42,703 bases of DNA from Candidatus Thorarchaeota archaeon (GTDB taxonomy: Archaea > Asgardarchaeota > Thorarchaeia > Thorarchaeales > Thorarchaeaceae). The notes under the pieces were generated by a model. That model did not search any database and was not told the DNA's origin. It saw only the letters and a list, made by a program, of their open reading frames with translations. Where the stretch lies: contig SDNP01000026.1 of NCBI GenBank assembly GCA_004524445.1, forward strand, positions 1 to 42,703. Direction: 5' to 3'. The number at the start of each line of letters is the position of its first letter. Positions within the stretch are counted from its first letter, which is position 1. Of the stretch, positions 27,918-36,283 are shown one piece after another. The translations under genes and the position numbers were made by a program.

Positions 27918-29153
27918 ATGACTCGAGAATTTGACACCGTGATTGCTGGAACAGGTCCTGCTGGACTTATGACTGCTGAACAATGTGCCGGGAGAGGACT
28001 TGACACATTAATCCTTGAGAAACGTAAGGATGTCACCAGTTCACTCATGGGTGAGCTTGTGACGGACAAGGCGCTCAGACTTCTCAGAGTCAAGCCCAAT
28101 TCTGAATACATCGGAAATAAGTTCACTCAGATAGTTGGAGAGAGTCTAGACACGGGGGCGAATATCGTTGTTGATCGTACGCTTCTTGGAAATTCGTACC
28201 TGCTGGATGAAGATAGATGTCAAGAACTAATGAGGGACCGTGCCCTGGCTCATGGCGCGGAGTTTCGCTACAACGCCAGAGTGAAATCGGTGGTTCAGAA
28301 GGACAATCAAGTGATCGGTGTCAAGTATAATCACGACGAGGAGGCGAGGGCAGGACTCACGGTAGGTGCTGATGGTTCATTCAGCAGAGTTTCAAAAACT
28401 GCAGGATTCACCCACCCCAAGTGGCTGCTTTCCTATGGATATCGATTCAAATTAGAAAACTGCAAGAATGTAGACCCGGATGTGGCGTACTTTTACGTTG
28501 GCGAAGATGTGGGCCTTGGATATCTCTGGCTATATCCCAGAAGTGAAACCGAGGTGAACCTTGGCATTGGACGTGTTCCCTCATCAAAGGACAAATGGGA
28601 GGAACTTAAGCCCATGAGAGATGTCCTCAAGAAATACATGAAGACACATCCGGAAACTAAGAACGCCAAAATAGCAAGTGTAAATGGCGGTGTTGTCCCA
28701 TGTGCAGGGCTCATACCACGCTTCACTGATGCAGGCGTATCCCTTTGTGGCAACGCTGCAGGGCAGGTCTCATCAATTGTTGGTGGTGGGGTGACGACAT
28801 GTTTCCATGCTGGCATCTTGCTGGCAAAGCATGCCAAACGAATGGCAGAACATGATGATTATTCAGAAAAGAGTGTCAGGAAGTACGAGAAGGAGTATAG
28901 AGGAACCAAGCTTGCAAACAACATAGTCAACACCGGCAAGGGGATGTGGGCGGTCTCCAAATTCAGCATGCATAATGATCCAATTTCTGCTGCAGAAATT
29001 GTATTGGACGAGCTAGATGCCAGAACGCTGAATGAACTCATTCAAGGAACTGCCGGAATCAATACCTACCTCACCCTAGTCTCTGAATTCCTCCCCATGG
29101 TCATGAATATAGGTTTAGGATATCTTAGAGCTATAGCGATAAGCGGCCTCTAA
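27918..29153 (+). CDS. Geranylgeranyl reductase-family FAD oxidoreductase
   Basis: FDTVIAGTGPAG, VGADG, GYLWLYP, VNLGIG, GNAAG...GGG. Start at ATG 27918 or 27903. Confidence 0.85.
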   Translation: MTREFDTVIAGTGPAGLMTAEQCAGRGLDTLILEKRKDVTSSLMGELVTDKALRLLRVKPNSEYIGNKFTQIVGESLDTGANIVVDRTLLGNSYLLDEDRCQELMRDRALAHGAEFRYNARVKSVVQKDNQVIGVKYNHDEEARAGLTVGADGSFSRVSKTAGFTHPKWLLSYGYRFKLENCKNVDPDVAYFYVGEDVGLGYLWLYPRSETEVNLGIGRVPSSKDKWEELKPMRDVLKKYMKTHPETKNAKIASVNGGVVPCAGLIPRFTDAGVSLCGNAAGQVSSIVGGGVTTCFHAGILLAKHAKRMAEHDDYSEKSVRKYEKEYRGTKLANNIVNTGKGMWAVSKFSMHNDPISAAEIVLDELDARTLNELIQGTAGINTYLTLVSEFLPMVMNIGLGYLRAIAISGL

Positions 29154-29175
29154 TCATAGAGTGATTGAATAGAAC

Positions 29176-29282
29176 AAAAAAGTGTTGAAGCAGGGTCCAC
29201 CCCGCGACCCTGCTTCTTTTTGCCTATTTGTAACAAGCCCCCGAAATCACGGATACCGTGAGATACTATTTGTAGGCAACCA
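29176..29282 (-). ncRNA. Candidate structured small RNA, copy 1
   Basis: Upstream TTTTATTA box; TTGCCTA/TAGGCAA closing stem; internal TCACGG/CCGTGA hairpin; 11-bp terminal hairpin then T6. Homologous to copy 2. Confidence 0.4.
29187..29221. terminator. Bidirectional hairpin terminator
   Basis: GAAGCAGGGTC-caccccgc-GACCCTGCTTC perfect 11-bp stem, with T5 downstream on + and A6 upstream (T6 on -). Confidence 0.65.
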
Positions 29283-29408
29283 CATATAGAGCGTGCCCCC
29301 TTAATAAAATTCCCTCATTCAATGTATATCAAGTTACTATCTGTAGCAATGTACATGAACTCGGAGTTTTTTATGTCGTCCTTCGTGTCTCCGCTACAGA
29401 TCAAAGAT

Positions 29409-29524
29409 GAGAAAGAAAGCAGAAGAATGAGAGGGTCCCCCCTCTCCTTCTCGCCTAGTTGTTCGAACGATGCCTTTTTGACTTAGGTCCACCTGCCTAA
29501 GAGATGTGGGGTTATTGACATCCA
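29409..29524 (-). ncRNA. Candidate structured small RNA, copy 2
   Basis: Upstream TTTTACAT; GATGTC/GGCATC stem (G-U pair only on the minus strand); CTTAGG/CCTAAG hairpin; ACAACTAGGC; terminal GAGAGGG/CCCTCTC hairpin then a pyrimidine tract. Confidence 0.4.
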
Positions 29525-29637
29525 AGATATCTTGTGCATAAGATGTAAAAGTACATATTCCTGTAAACCTTCATCAAGTTATCTAGTATTGATATTGAAA
29601 CGTGCGTTTAATCAATCTGCAAAGGACATGAAATGCA

Positions 29638-30666
29638 ATGAGCAAATTCGAGTATCATGATGCCCTCTCAAAATTGGGCCTGGAAATGGGAAATGAACGG
29701 GAAAGCAGAGGCATTACTGTTCTCCGTGCGATTTTGAATACATCCGACACATTGGGGGAACCGCACACCTTCGGGGAAATCTACGATCAAATTCTGAGTA
29801 TGGATGACAAATTTGAGCCATCAAAGGCATGGGTTCATCGCCTTCTAAAATCGCTGTTGGAAGATGGTTTGATTCGACTTGAGTCACCTGAAGCCCCTAG
29901 AAACAGGTACATTGCAGATGTGAATTCAATTGCAAATGGGCTGGAGAAAATAAAGGAGGCACAAGAGGAGAAGCTGGAAGAAGAACTGAAGAAGCTCAAG
30001 AAGGACTTGTCCTCATTCTCAGAATTGGATGTGGGCGTGATTGCTGAGCACCTGATAGAAGACCTCACTGGGAAAAAACAGACTCTGAGTTCGCGATTCA
30101 TCAAAGGTATTGAGGAGTTGCATCGGGTCTTGAAAAACAATATCCACGCCCAAGCAGAGGAAGGCGACATTATACGTTCAAATATGACTTGGCTTGGATC
30201 CCTTGCCAAAGACTCGCACCACCGGATCCGAAAGGACATCGAAGCAGCTAGCAGAGGAGTTGAAGTGCGATGGATGATTAGTAGCAGGATATTTCAAATG
30301 GAGCAAAAAATCAAAAGCGGATTACCATCGGAGGAACTTGCGCACTTGTTCCAGGATTTCTTTAAACTAAGAAGGAACAAGATGTCATTTGATCTAAGAA
30401 TACATAGGGGTGCTGAGGCTTATAACCACGTATCTCTTAATCGTGATGCTTTGGCGATGATAATAACTGATGAGCCCTTGACTGCAACATATGTTACTCG
30501 CGATTTCAATGCAGAGCTTATTGACAACACAGTTGATAATTTTGATGCCTTATGGAATAATTCCATTTCACTCTTTGAACTAAAAGGCGAAGACCTAGAG
30601 AAGCTAAGAATAGATCCGAATGGGGTCATTGGAAAAATACTTGCTGGGCTTGAGACCGAAGGATAA
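29638..30666 (+). CDS. TrmB-like regulator 1 (wHTH - coiled coil - PLD-like sensor domain)
   Basis: TFGEIY...SKAWVHRLLKSLLEDGLI wHTH; heptad EEKLEEELKKLKKDL; IKGIEE, RGVEVRWMI, FDALWNNS. Confidence 0.7.
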   Translation: MSKFEYHDALSKLGLEMGNERESRGITVLRAILNTSDTLGEPHTFGEIYDQILSMDDKFEPSKAWVHRLLKSLLEDGLIRLESPEAPRNRYIADVNSIANGLEKIKEAQEEKLEEELKKLKKDLSSFSELDVGVIAEHLIEDLTGKKQTLSSRFIKGIEELHRVLKNNIHAQAEEGDIIRSNMTWLGSLAKDSHHRIRKDIEAASRGVEVRWMISSRIFQMEQKIKSGLPSEELAHLFQDFFKLRRNKMSFDLRIHRGAEAYNHVSLNRDALAMIITDEPLTATYVTRDFNAELIDNTVDNFDALWNNSISLFELKGEDLEKLRIDPNGVIGKILAGLETEG

Positions 30667-30711
30667 AAATGAAGGCAAGTGACTAAATATATTTGAGAGG
30701 GATAAGGGCAT

Positions 30712-31629
30712 ATGCAAGACCCTAGTATTAATGAAGAATTCGACCTGCTTGGGCTTGATATAAATGAGGTTAGATTTCTTGTTCTCCAAGCTATAGCACT
30801 TGCCTCAAGAAAGAGTGGCTCAAGTGTTACTTTCACTCAATTGAACGAAGTCTTGACTGACCTGCGACAAGGAAAAAAGACCGCAAAACCACAGATTTAC
30901 CGCTATATTACAGAAATGGAAGAATTAGGGTTTATCGCGGTGGATAGAAGTGAATATCGTAATAGGTATGAAACCAATGTGCAGTATATTGGTAAGTCAT
31001 TGATTTCGCTTAAGGCGGCAACGCAAAAGGACATGGAAGAGAGGCTAAAAACAATCGGGCATGAGAGGAAGGAGTTGGATGAGATAGCAATAACTAGGTT
31101 ATCTCGAGAATTCTCACTTCTGCTCACAGGGAAAGAACTCCAACAACAGCCCAGAGTCATCGAAGGAATTGAGGCAATACATAATGTTATTGAATCCGTC
31201 TTTTATGAATTGGCAGAAACTGGAGACATCGTGAGGGCGACACTTGATTGGGTAGACATTCCCAAAAATATGGAATCTATTCGATGGGATGCAATCAGGA
31301 GAATTGTTGCCAGGGGTGCACAGTACAGAATTATGTATCGGCTGAATTCCATTCCTAGCCTCGATACATTGGAAAGCCGAAAGAATGCTTACCGGAGCAT
31401 TAGAAAAGAGTTCAACAACATCTCCCTAAGGGAGTCAAGAAAGGAGGCAAAGAGTTACGATGGATTATCACTCAATCGGGATAGCATACTCCTTATTGTG
31501 ACCGAGCGCCCCCTCACTGCAATATACGTCCCGAGGTCTGAAAATGCAGAACTTGTCGACAGCTTTGTACATAGTTATGATGCCGAATTTGAGAAAGCAG
31601 AGGATGTCATTGATTTGTTGGAGGCATAA
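30712..31629 (+). CDS. TrmB-like regulator 2
   Basis: TFTQL...AKPQIYRYITEMEELGFI; coiled coil; IEGIEA, RGAQYRIM, SLNRDSILLIVTERPLTA. Confidence 0.7.
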   Translation: MQDPSINEEFDLLGLDINEVRFLVLQAIALASRKSGSSVTFTQLNEVLTDLRQGKKTAKPQIYRYITEMEELGFIAVDRSEYRNRYETNVQYIGKSLISLKAATQKDMEERLKTIGHERKELDEIAITRLSREFSLLLTGKELQQQPRVIEGIEAIHNVIESVFYELAETGDIVRATLDWVDIPKNMESIRWDAIRRIVARGAQYRIMYRLNSIPSLDTLESRKNAYRSIRKEFNNISLRESRKEAKSYDGLSLNRDSILLIVTERPLTAIYVPRSENAELVDSFVHSYDAEFEKAEDVIDLLEA

Positions 31630-31631
31630 GG

Positions 31632-32594
31632 GTGGCTGGAGAACGAGTTAGAATGCTATTAGATAGCCTCGGAGTCGCGTTGTCAAAGAGTGAGGAAAAG
31701 GTTCTAGCAGCAATTCTTGATTCATGTAAGAATCAGAGCTCAGTCACATTTGGCGATATCCAAGACGTTCTTGCAAAAAAGGAGGGTTCGAAAATATCAA
31801 AGCAATGGATATACCAATGTCTGTCCAATTTGGAGGATGCAGGGTTGATTCAAGCAGCAAGAGGCTTCCCTCAGAACCCAACTGAATATGTAGCCAGTAT
31901 TGTTACGCTTCGAGCAGGTTTGCAGAAGGCACAGAGTGAGAAATCCGAACAGCTGGATGAAGAAGAAAGGAAACTGTCTGAAGATATTCAAAAGCTGAAA
32001 TCCTTAGAGCCCAATAGATTGGCCCATCGATTGGTTGAAACTTTCACAGAACAATCGCAAGGGAGTAATCCTATAGTTGTACAGGGGGTTACTAGTGTCA
32101 GAAATCTCTTTCAAACAGAGATACTTGATATTTGCAACCGAGGCGATATCATAAGACTTGGAGGCAGATTTAGCTTCATTGAATTGCAAGACCCAGAGAA
32201 GGCATCCATTGAATTAAAGATAATTGAAAAGACGATTGAAGGGGTAGTAATTCGAGGACTGATTCAAATTGTCGAAGATAGGATAGATGAAGCGCTAGAA
32301 GAAAATGTGGATTTCTTCATGCGTATGCGTGACATGATCATGGAGTCTATCAAGTCAGGATATCTAGAATTGAAAGCAATACCGATTCAGAAATCAACAT
32401 ACCAGTTTGTCAGCCTAAATTCGGAAAAAATGTTGCTTTTTCTTACTGGCACAAAACAACCAGACACAGTTGCATTGTTCACTCGTGAGAATCGATCGAT
32501 TCTACTAGATGATGCCATTGGCTCATTCGATAAGTTATGGACACAGGCAACAGATTTGAATGAGATGGTGTACGATTTTCTCGATAATACATGA
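31632..32594 (+). CDS. TrmB-like regulator 3
   Basis: TFGDI...SKQWIYQCLSNLEDAGLI; coiled coil; VQGVTS, EGVVIRGLI, SLNSEKML, FDKLWTQA. Confidence 0.7.
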   Translation: MAGERVRMLLDSLGVALSKSEEKVLAAILDSCKNQSSVTFGDIQDVLAKKEGSKISKQWIYQCLSNLEDAGLIQAARGFPQNPTEYVASIVTLRAGLQKAQSEKSEQLDEEERKLSEDIQKLKSLEPNRLAHRLVETFTEQSQGSNPIVVQGVTSVRNLFQTEILDICNRGDIIRLGGRFSFIELQDPEKASIELKIIEKTIEGVVIRGLIQIVEDRIDEALEENVDFFMRMRDMIMESIKSGYLELKAIPIQKSTYQFVSLNSEKMLLFLTGTKQPDTVALFTRENRSILLDDAIGSFDKLWTQATDLNEMVYDFLDNT

Positions 32595-32615
32595 TTGTCA
32601 TTAAATTGGCCCATA

Positions 32616-33689
32616 TCAGGATTGGTCCTGATTTATCCACTTAGTGTTTTTCGATAGTGTTAGGAAAATGTCATCGCATACAGCATCAAAATCACTGTAC
32701 ATTCCGTACTCTCCGCCAGCGGCATATGGATGACCACCGCCGTCGAATAGCTTTGCAGCTTCGTTACAGAGGACATGTTCGCTTCCGCGCCTGAACCCCA
32801 GCATTCCGCCTTGGCTTACAGTGATAAGCAGATCTGCTACAGGCATTCTTTGTCCCTCAAGTTCGAGATTGTCCTCAGCTGCAAGAAAGGTGCCCAAGTC
32901 AGTAGTAGTCACTCCAGAGGGAATCTCGACAATTCTCACCAATTGGCCCTGAATAGAATGGTCACAGTGCCCTACAAGAGCCTTTTTCATTTTCTTCAAT
33001 CGCTCTTTTTGATAGTAAGCGACCTGCTTCTGCAGCAGGGTATCTCTAAATCTACCGCGTTCGCTGTCCCAGACTCCTTCAATACCTTTTTTGGCAAGAG
33101 CCTCTACTACTGGCTTGAGAGATTCTGTAATGTCCTCTCTCTTGTCTAATGCAGAAAACCGAATCACAGATACAGCATCGGTAAGGGCAGATGCCGCCTC
33201 TATTTCTCTCAGGTTGAAGTCTGTATCATGTGCTATAGTGGCGAGTTCTTTGCTGGTTTCATCACGAGGCATTAACACTTTTTGAGTAATCTCCGCTGCA
33301 CAATACTCTGGATTGACTTTGAGAACGGGGTTATTCTCCAGAGATAATAGCGATTTGATTGCAGCTGGTGACCATAGGTGATGGTCCAACCACACAATCC
33401 TGCACCCTTGAGATGCTGCTTGAGAGAGCGAGGGCATGGCATGGTTCATCGCTGGTTCATCCATTCCCAAGTCAGTGATTACAATCAGGGTATTTCTCAT
33501 TGCCGCGACCTTGGCGAATGCCTGATCGAAACCACCATAGTCAGTGAGCAGAAGACTGTGTTCAAGATTCTTAGACCTCGCATATCTCCAAACGATGGCG
33601 GCTGAAGCAATTCCATCCACATCTTTGTCATGAGAAATCGAGAATAGTGACTCCATGCGCTTCTTCTTTTTTGACGTCTCTGTTGTCAT
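32616..33689 (-). CDS. DHH/DHHA1 phosphoesterase (NrnA/RecJ-like)
   Basis: SHDKDVDG, ITDL, WLDHH, GGGHPYAAG. Confidence 0.88.
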   Translation of the reverse strand: MTTETSKKKKRMESLFSISHDKDVDGIASAAIVWRYARSKNLEHSLLLTDYGGFDQAFAKVAAMRNTLIVITDLGMDEPAMNHAMPSLSQAASQGCRIVWLDHHLWSPAAIKSLLSLENNPVLKVNPEYCAAEITQKVLMPRDETSKELATIAHDTDFNLREIEAASALTDAVSVIRFSALDKREDITESLKPVVEALAKKGIEGVWDSERGRFRDTLLQKQVAYYQKERLKKMKKALVGHCDHSIQGQLVRIVEIPSGVTTTDLGTFLAAEDNLELEGQRMPVADLLITVSQGGMLGFRRGSEHVLCNEAAKLFDGGGHPYAAGGEYGMYSDFDAVCDDIFLTLSKNTKWINQDQS

Positions 33690-33802
33690 TGTGGTCTCTG
33701 TTGCCCATGTCAGTACCACTTTTCTTTCTTACTGCACGGTAATATCTGATATTACGAAATTGTTTTCAGCCAATGCACGTCTTGTTCCATGGCGGTCCGC
33801 AA

Positions 33803-35668
33803 ATGGATGAGTCTAAAGATAACATGATGTTAAGCGGAAATGAAGCGATAGCACGAGGTGCACTTGAGGCAGGGATTGGGTTCTGCGCATCATATCCTGG
33901 GACCCCATCCACAGAAATAACATCCACATTGATGAAAAGCAGCGCAGATGAGAATCTATATGTTGAGTGGAGTATTAACGAAAAAGTAGCATTAGAGGCC
34001 TGTGCCGGAGTAAGCTGGATGGGGGTGCCTGCAATATGCCCGATGAAATCATTGGGACTAAATGTGGCGGCCGATTTCTTACTGAATTTGAATCTGTCAG
34101 GCACAGGTGAAGGTGGACTTGTTGTTGTAGTTTGCGATGACCCACGAGGCCACAGCTCAAGCAACGAACAAGATTCTAGGTTTTACTCAAAGGCGAGCTA
34201 TCTGCCACTTCTGGAGCCAACAGGATTCCAGCAGGCAAAAGACGTCATTCCTTTTGCATTTGAATTATCAAGAAAATACGAAATTCCGGTTCTAGTAAGG
34301 AGTACCACTCGTCTCAGCCATTCAAGAGGAATAGTCAGATTGGGAGAGTTGCCCGATATTTCGTGGGAACTATCTGACGAGCTGCCTTCATCGCTGTATA
34401 ATGTTCCAAAGCCCCATCTTCGACACAGGGATCTGCTAAACAAGCTAGAGAGAATTTCTGACGACTTCACGAAATCAAAATGGAACATAATAGAGGATGT
34501 GAGAGATGCCGATGTGTCGATTATTGCATCCGGGATTTGTAGGAGCTATGCGAAGGAGGCCATTAGAATATCAGAAACGGATGCATCACTTCTGAGCTTA
34601 GTCACAACTCATCCTTTGCCCGCCTCGTTCATCAGAGAATATCTACTTGACTCTAACCAAGCTCTCGTTATAGAGGAAGTAGACCCCTTCATTGAGGATG
34701 CCATTTTGCGTCATAGCAAGAGCATGAAGAAGGTTGATATCCACGGAAAACGCAACGGCGTCTTACCGCTATATGGGGAAATGGATGCGGATAAAATCCT
34801 CCTTAGTATGTCAAAGATTGGTCTTATCGAGAGGGCGTCCGATAAGCGAGATCAGAAGGCAGTGAAGAAGGCTTTGAATGCTCTCATCCCCAGGCCCCTC
34901 ACATTTTGCCCTGGTTGTACACATCGAAATGTGTTCTGGGCAATTCGTCAGGTTCGAAAAAGATTCTCTGGCAAACTTGTTGTTGCAGGGGATATTGGCT
35001 GCTATAGCCTTGGTGTATTTTATGGTGATTCAATGAATACTATGCAGGCAATGGGCTCAGGAATAGGGACAGCAAATGGACTAGGACAACTCCACAGATT
35101 TGGCATCGATTCAAAGGTAATTGCAGTAGCAGGAGATTCAACATTTTTCCATGCATGCATACCTGCGCTCATCAATGCGCGTCATAAGGGTGCAGATGCA
35201 ACATTTCTGATTCTTGATAATAGCTCAACTGCGATGACGGGATTTCAGCCACATCCCGGAATTCTAACTAGAGATGAAGACCATCGAAGAGTCACGATTG
35301 CTTCTGTGGTTAACGGGATAGGGGTGGACCTTCTAGAGATCGTAGATTCCAACGATATTTCACTGCTTATTGATTCCATTCACAATGCTGTGCAAAAACC
35401 CGGGATAAAAGTCCTCATAACAAAGGGAGTATGTAGACTTGAGGAGGGTCGAACTCAGGGGATATATGACGACCTTCCAAAGGTAAGAATAAACAAAAAG
35501 AAATGTCGAGGCGATTCCTGCAGACTTTGTGTGAGTGGCTTTGGATGTGTCGCGCTCGCGTGGGACGATGAGAAAGGATATCCCAAAATACTGGATGACT
35601 TATGCATTCGGTGTGGGGCTTGCGTGTTTGTTTGTCCCCATGATGCGATAGAAGGAGGCCTTCAATAA
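33803..35668 (+). CDS. iorA: Indolepyruvate:ferredoxin oxidoreductase alpha subunit
   Basis: GNEAIARGA, YPGTPSTE, NEKVALE, SSSNEQDSR, FCPGCTH, GDIGCY, GDSTFFH, C-terminal 2x[4Fe-4S]. Confidence 0.93.
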   Translation: MDESKDNMMLSGNEAIARGALEAGIGFCASYPGTPSTEITSTLMKSSADENLYVEWSINEKVALEACAGVSWMGVPAICPMKSLGLNVAADFLLNLNLSGTGEGGLVVVVCDDPRGHSSSNEQDSRFYSKASYLPLLEPTGFQQAKDVIPFAFELSRKYEIPVLVRSTTRLSHSRGIVRLGELPDISWELSDELPSSLYNVPKPHLRHRDLLNKLERISDDFTKSKWNIIEDVRDADVSIIASGICRSYAKEAIRISETDASLLSLVTTHPLPASFIREYLLDSNQALVIEEVDPFIEDAILRHSKSMKKVDIHGKRNGVLPLYGEMDADKILLSMSKIGLIERASDKRDQKAVKKALNALIPRPLTFCPGCTHRNVFWAIRQVRKRFSGKLVVAGDIGCYSLGVFYGDSMNTMQAMGSGIGTANGLGQLHRFGIDSKVIAVAGDSTFFHACIPALINARHKGADATFLILDNSSTAMTGFQPHPGILTRDEDHRRVTIASVVNGIGVDLLEIVDSNDISLLIDSIHNAVQKPGIKVLITKGVCRLEEGRTQGIYDDLPKVRINKKKCRGDSCRLCVSGFGCVALAWDDEKGYPKILDDLCIRCGACVFVCPHDAIEGGLQ

Positions 35669-36270
35669 TGAGAGATTTCTTCGACTTACTGATTGCTGGA
35701 GTTGGCGGTCAGGGAAACCTTGTGTGTGGTGAAGTGATATCACATGCGGCAATCCAACAAGGATACTCTCCAGTCATTGGGCAAATTTTTGGCGCTTCTA
35801 GACGGGGAGGTACAGTCTTCACTCATGTCAGGATAGCTGATGGAAACGTAGGGCCCCTTATTCCCAAGGGAAGACCCGACTTGATCCTTGGCCTTGAAGC
35901 ACTTGAAACGCTACGAGCTTGTGTGGAGTATGGAGGAGAACAAACACGGGTAGTGTTTAGCCAAACTCGATTGGACACGTTGGCGTCACTTACCGGCGGT
36001 GCAAAGTATCCCAGCATGTCAGATATCATACAACTCATGAGTAGCATTTGTAAAGATGCAGTCGCAGTTGATGCGGAGAAGAGTCTTGAAGAAATCGGGT
36101 CGGTCCGAACTTTGAATTCATATATGATAGGCGTAATGATTGGTTTAGAAATCACACCTCTAAATAGAGATACAATAGAGAAAAGCATCGATTGTCTGCT
36201 CGGTTCACGATATCCCAATTTGGAGGCATTTCAGAGAGGTATCTCTGATACGATTAAAGAAAAAACATGA
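35668..36270 (+). CDS. iorB: Indolepyruvate:ferredoxin oxidoreductase beta subunit
   Basis: AGVGGQG, GASRRGGTVFTHVRI, LEALE; TAATG overlap with iorA. Confidence 0.9.
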   Translation: MRDFFDLLIAGVGGQGNLVCGEVISHAAIQQGYSPVIGQIFGASRRGGTVFTHVRIADGNVGPLIPKGRPDLILGLEALETLRACVEYGGEQTRVVFSQTRLDTLASLTGGAKYPSMSDIIQLMSSICKDAVAVDAEKSLEEIGSVRTLNSYMIGVMIGLEITPLNRDTIEKSIDCLLGSRYPNLEAFQRGISDTIKEKT

Positions 36271-36283
36271 TCTCGGACATCAC

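Noticed and set aside
29221-29520. Resemblance to twister/hammerhead cores (CAAGCCC, GAAA-stem) and to HEARO/IS200-605 ends (GTCAATAACCCC, GGGGGCTTG)
   Set aside because: The required companion motifs and pairings are absent, and no IscB/TnpB/TnpA gene is nearby; kept only as an unassigned structured RNA.
29245-29521. 12-codon minus-strand micro-ORFs (MWLPTNSISRYP, MSITPHLLGRWT)
   Set aside because: Frames and peptides are not conserved between the two units, while base pairing is.
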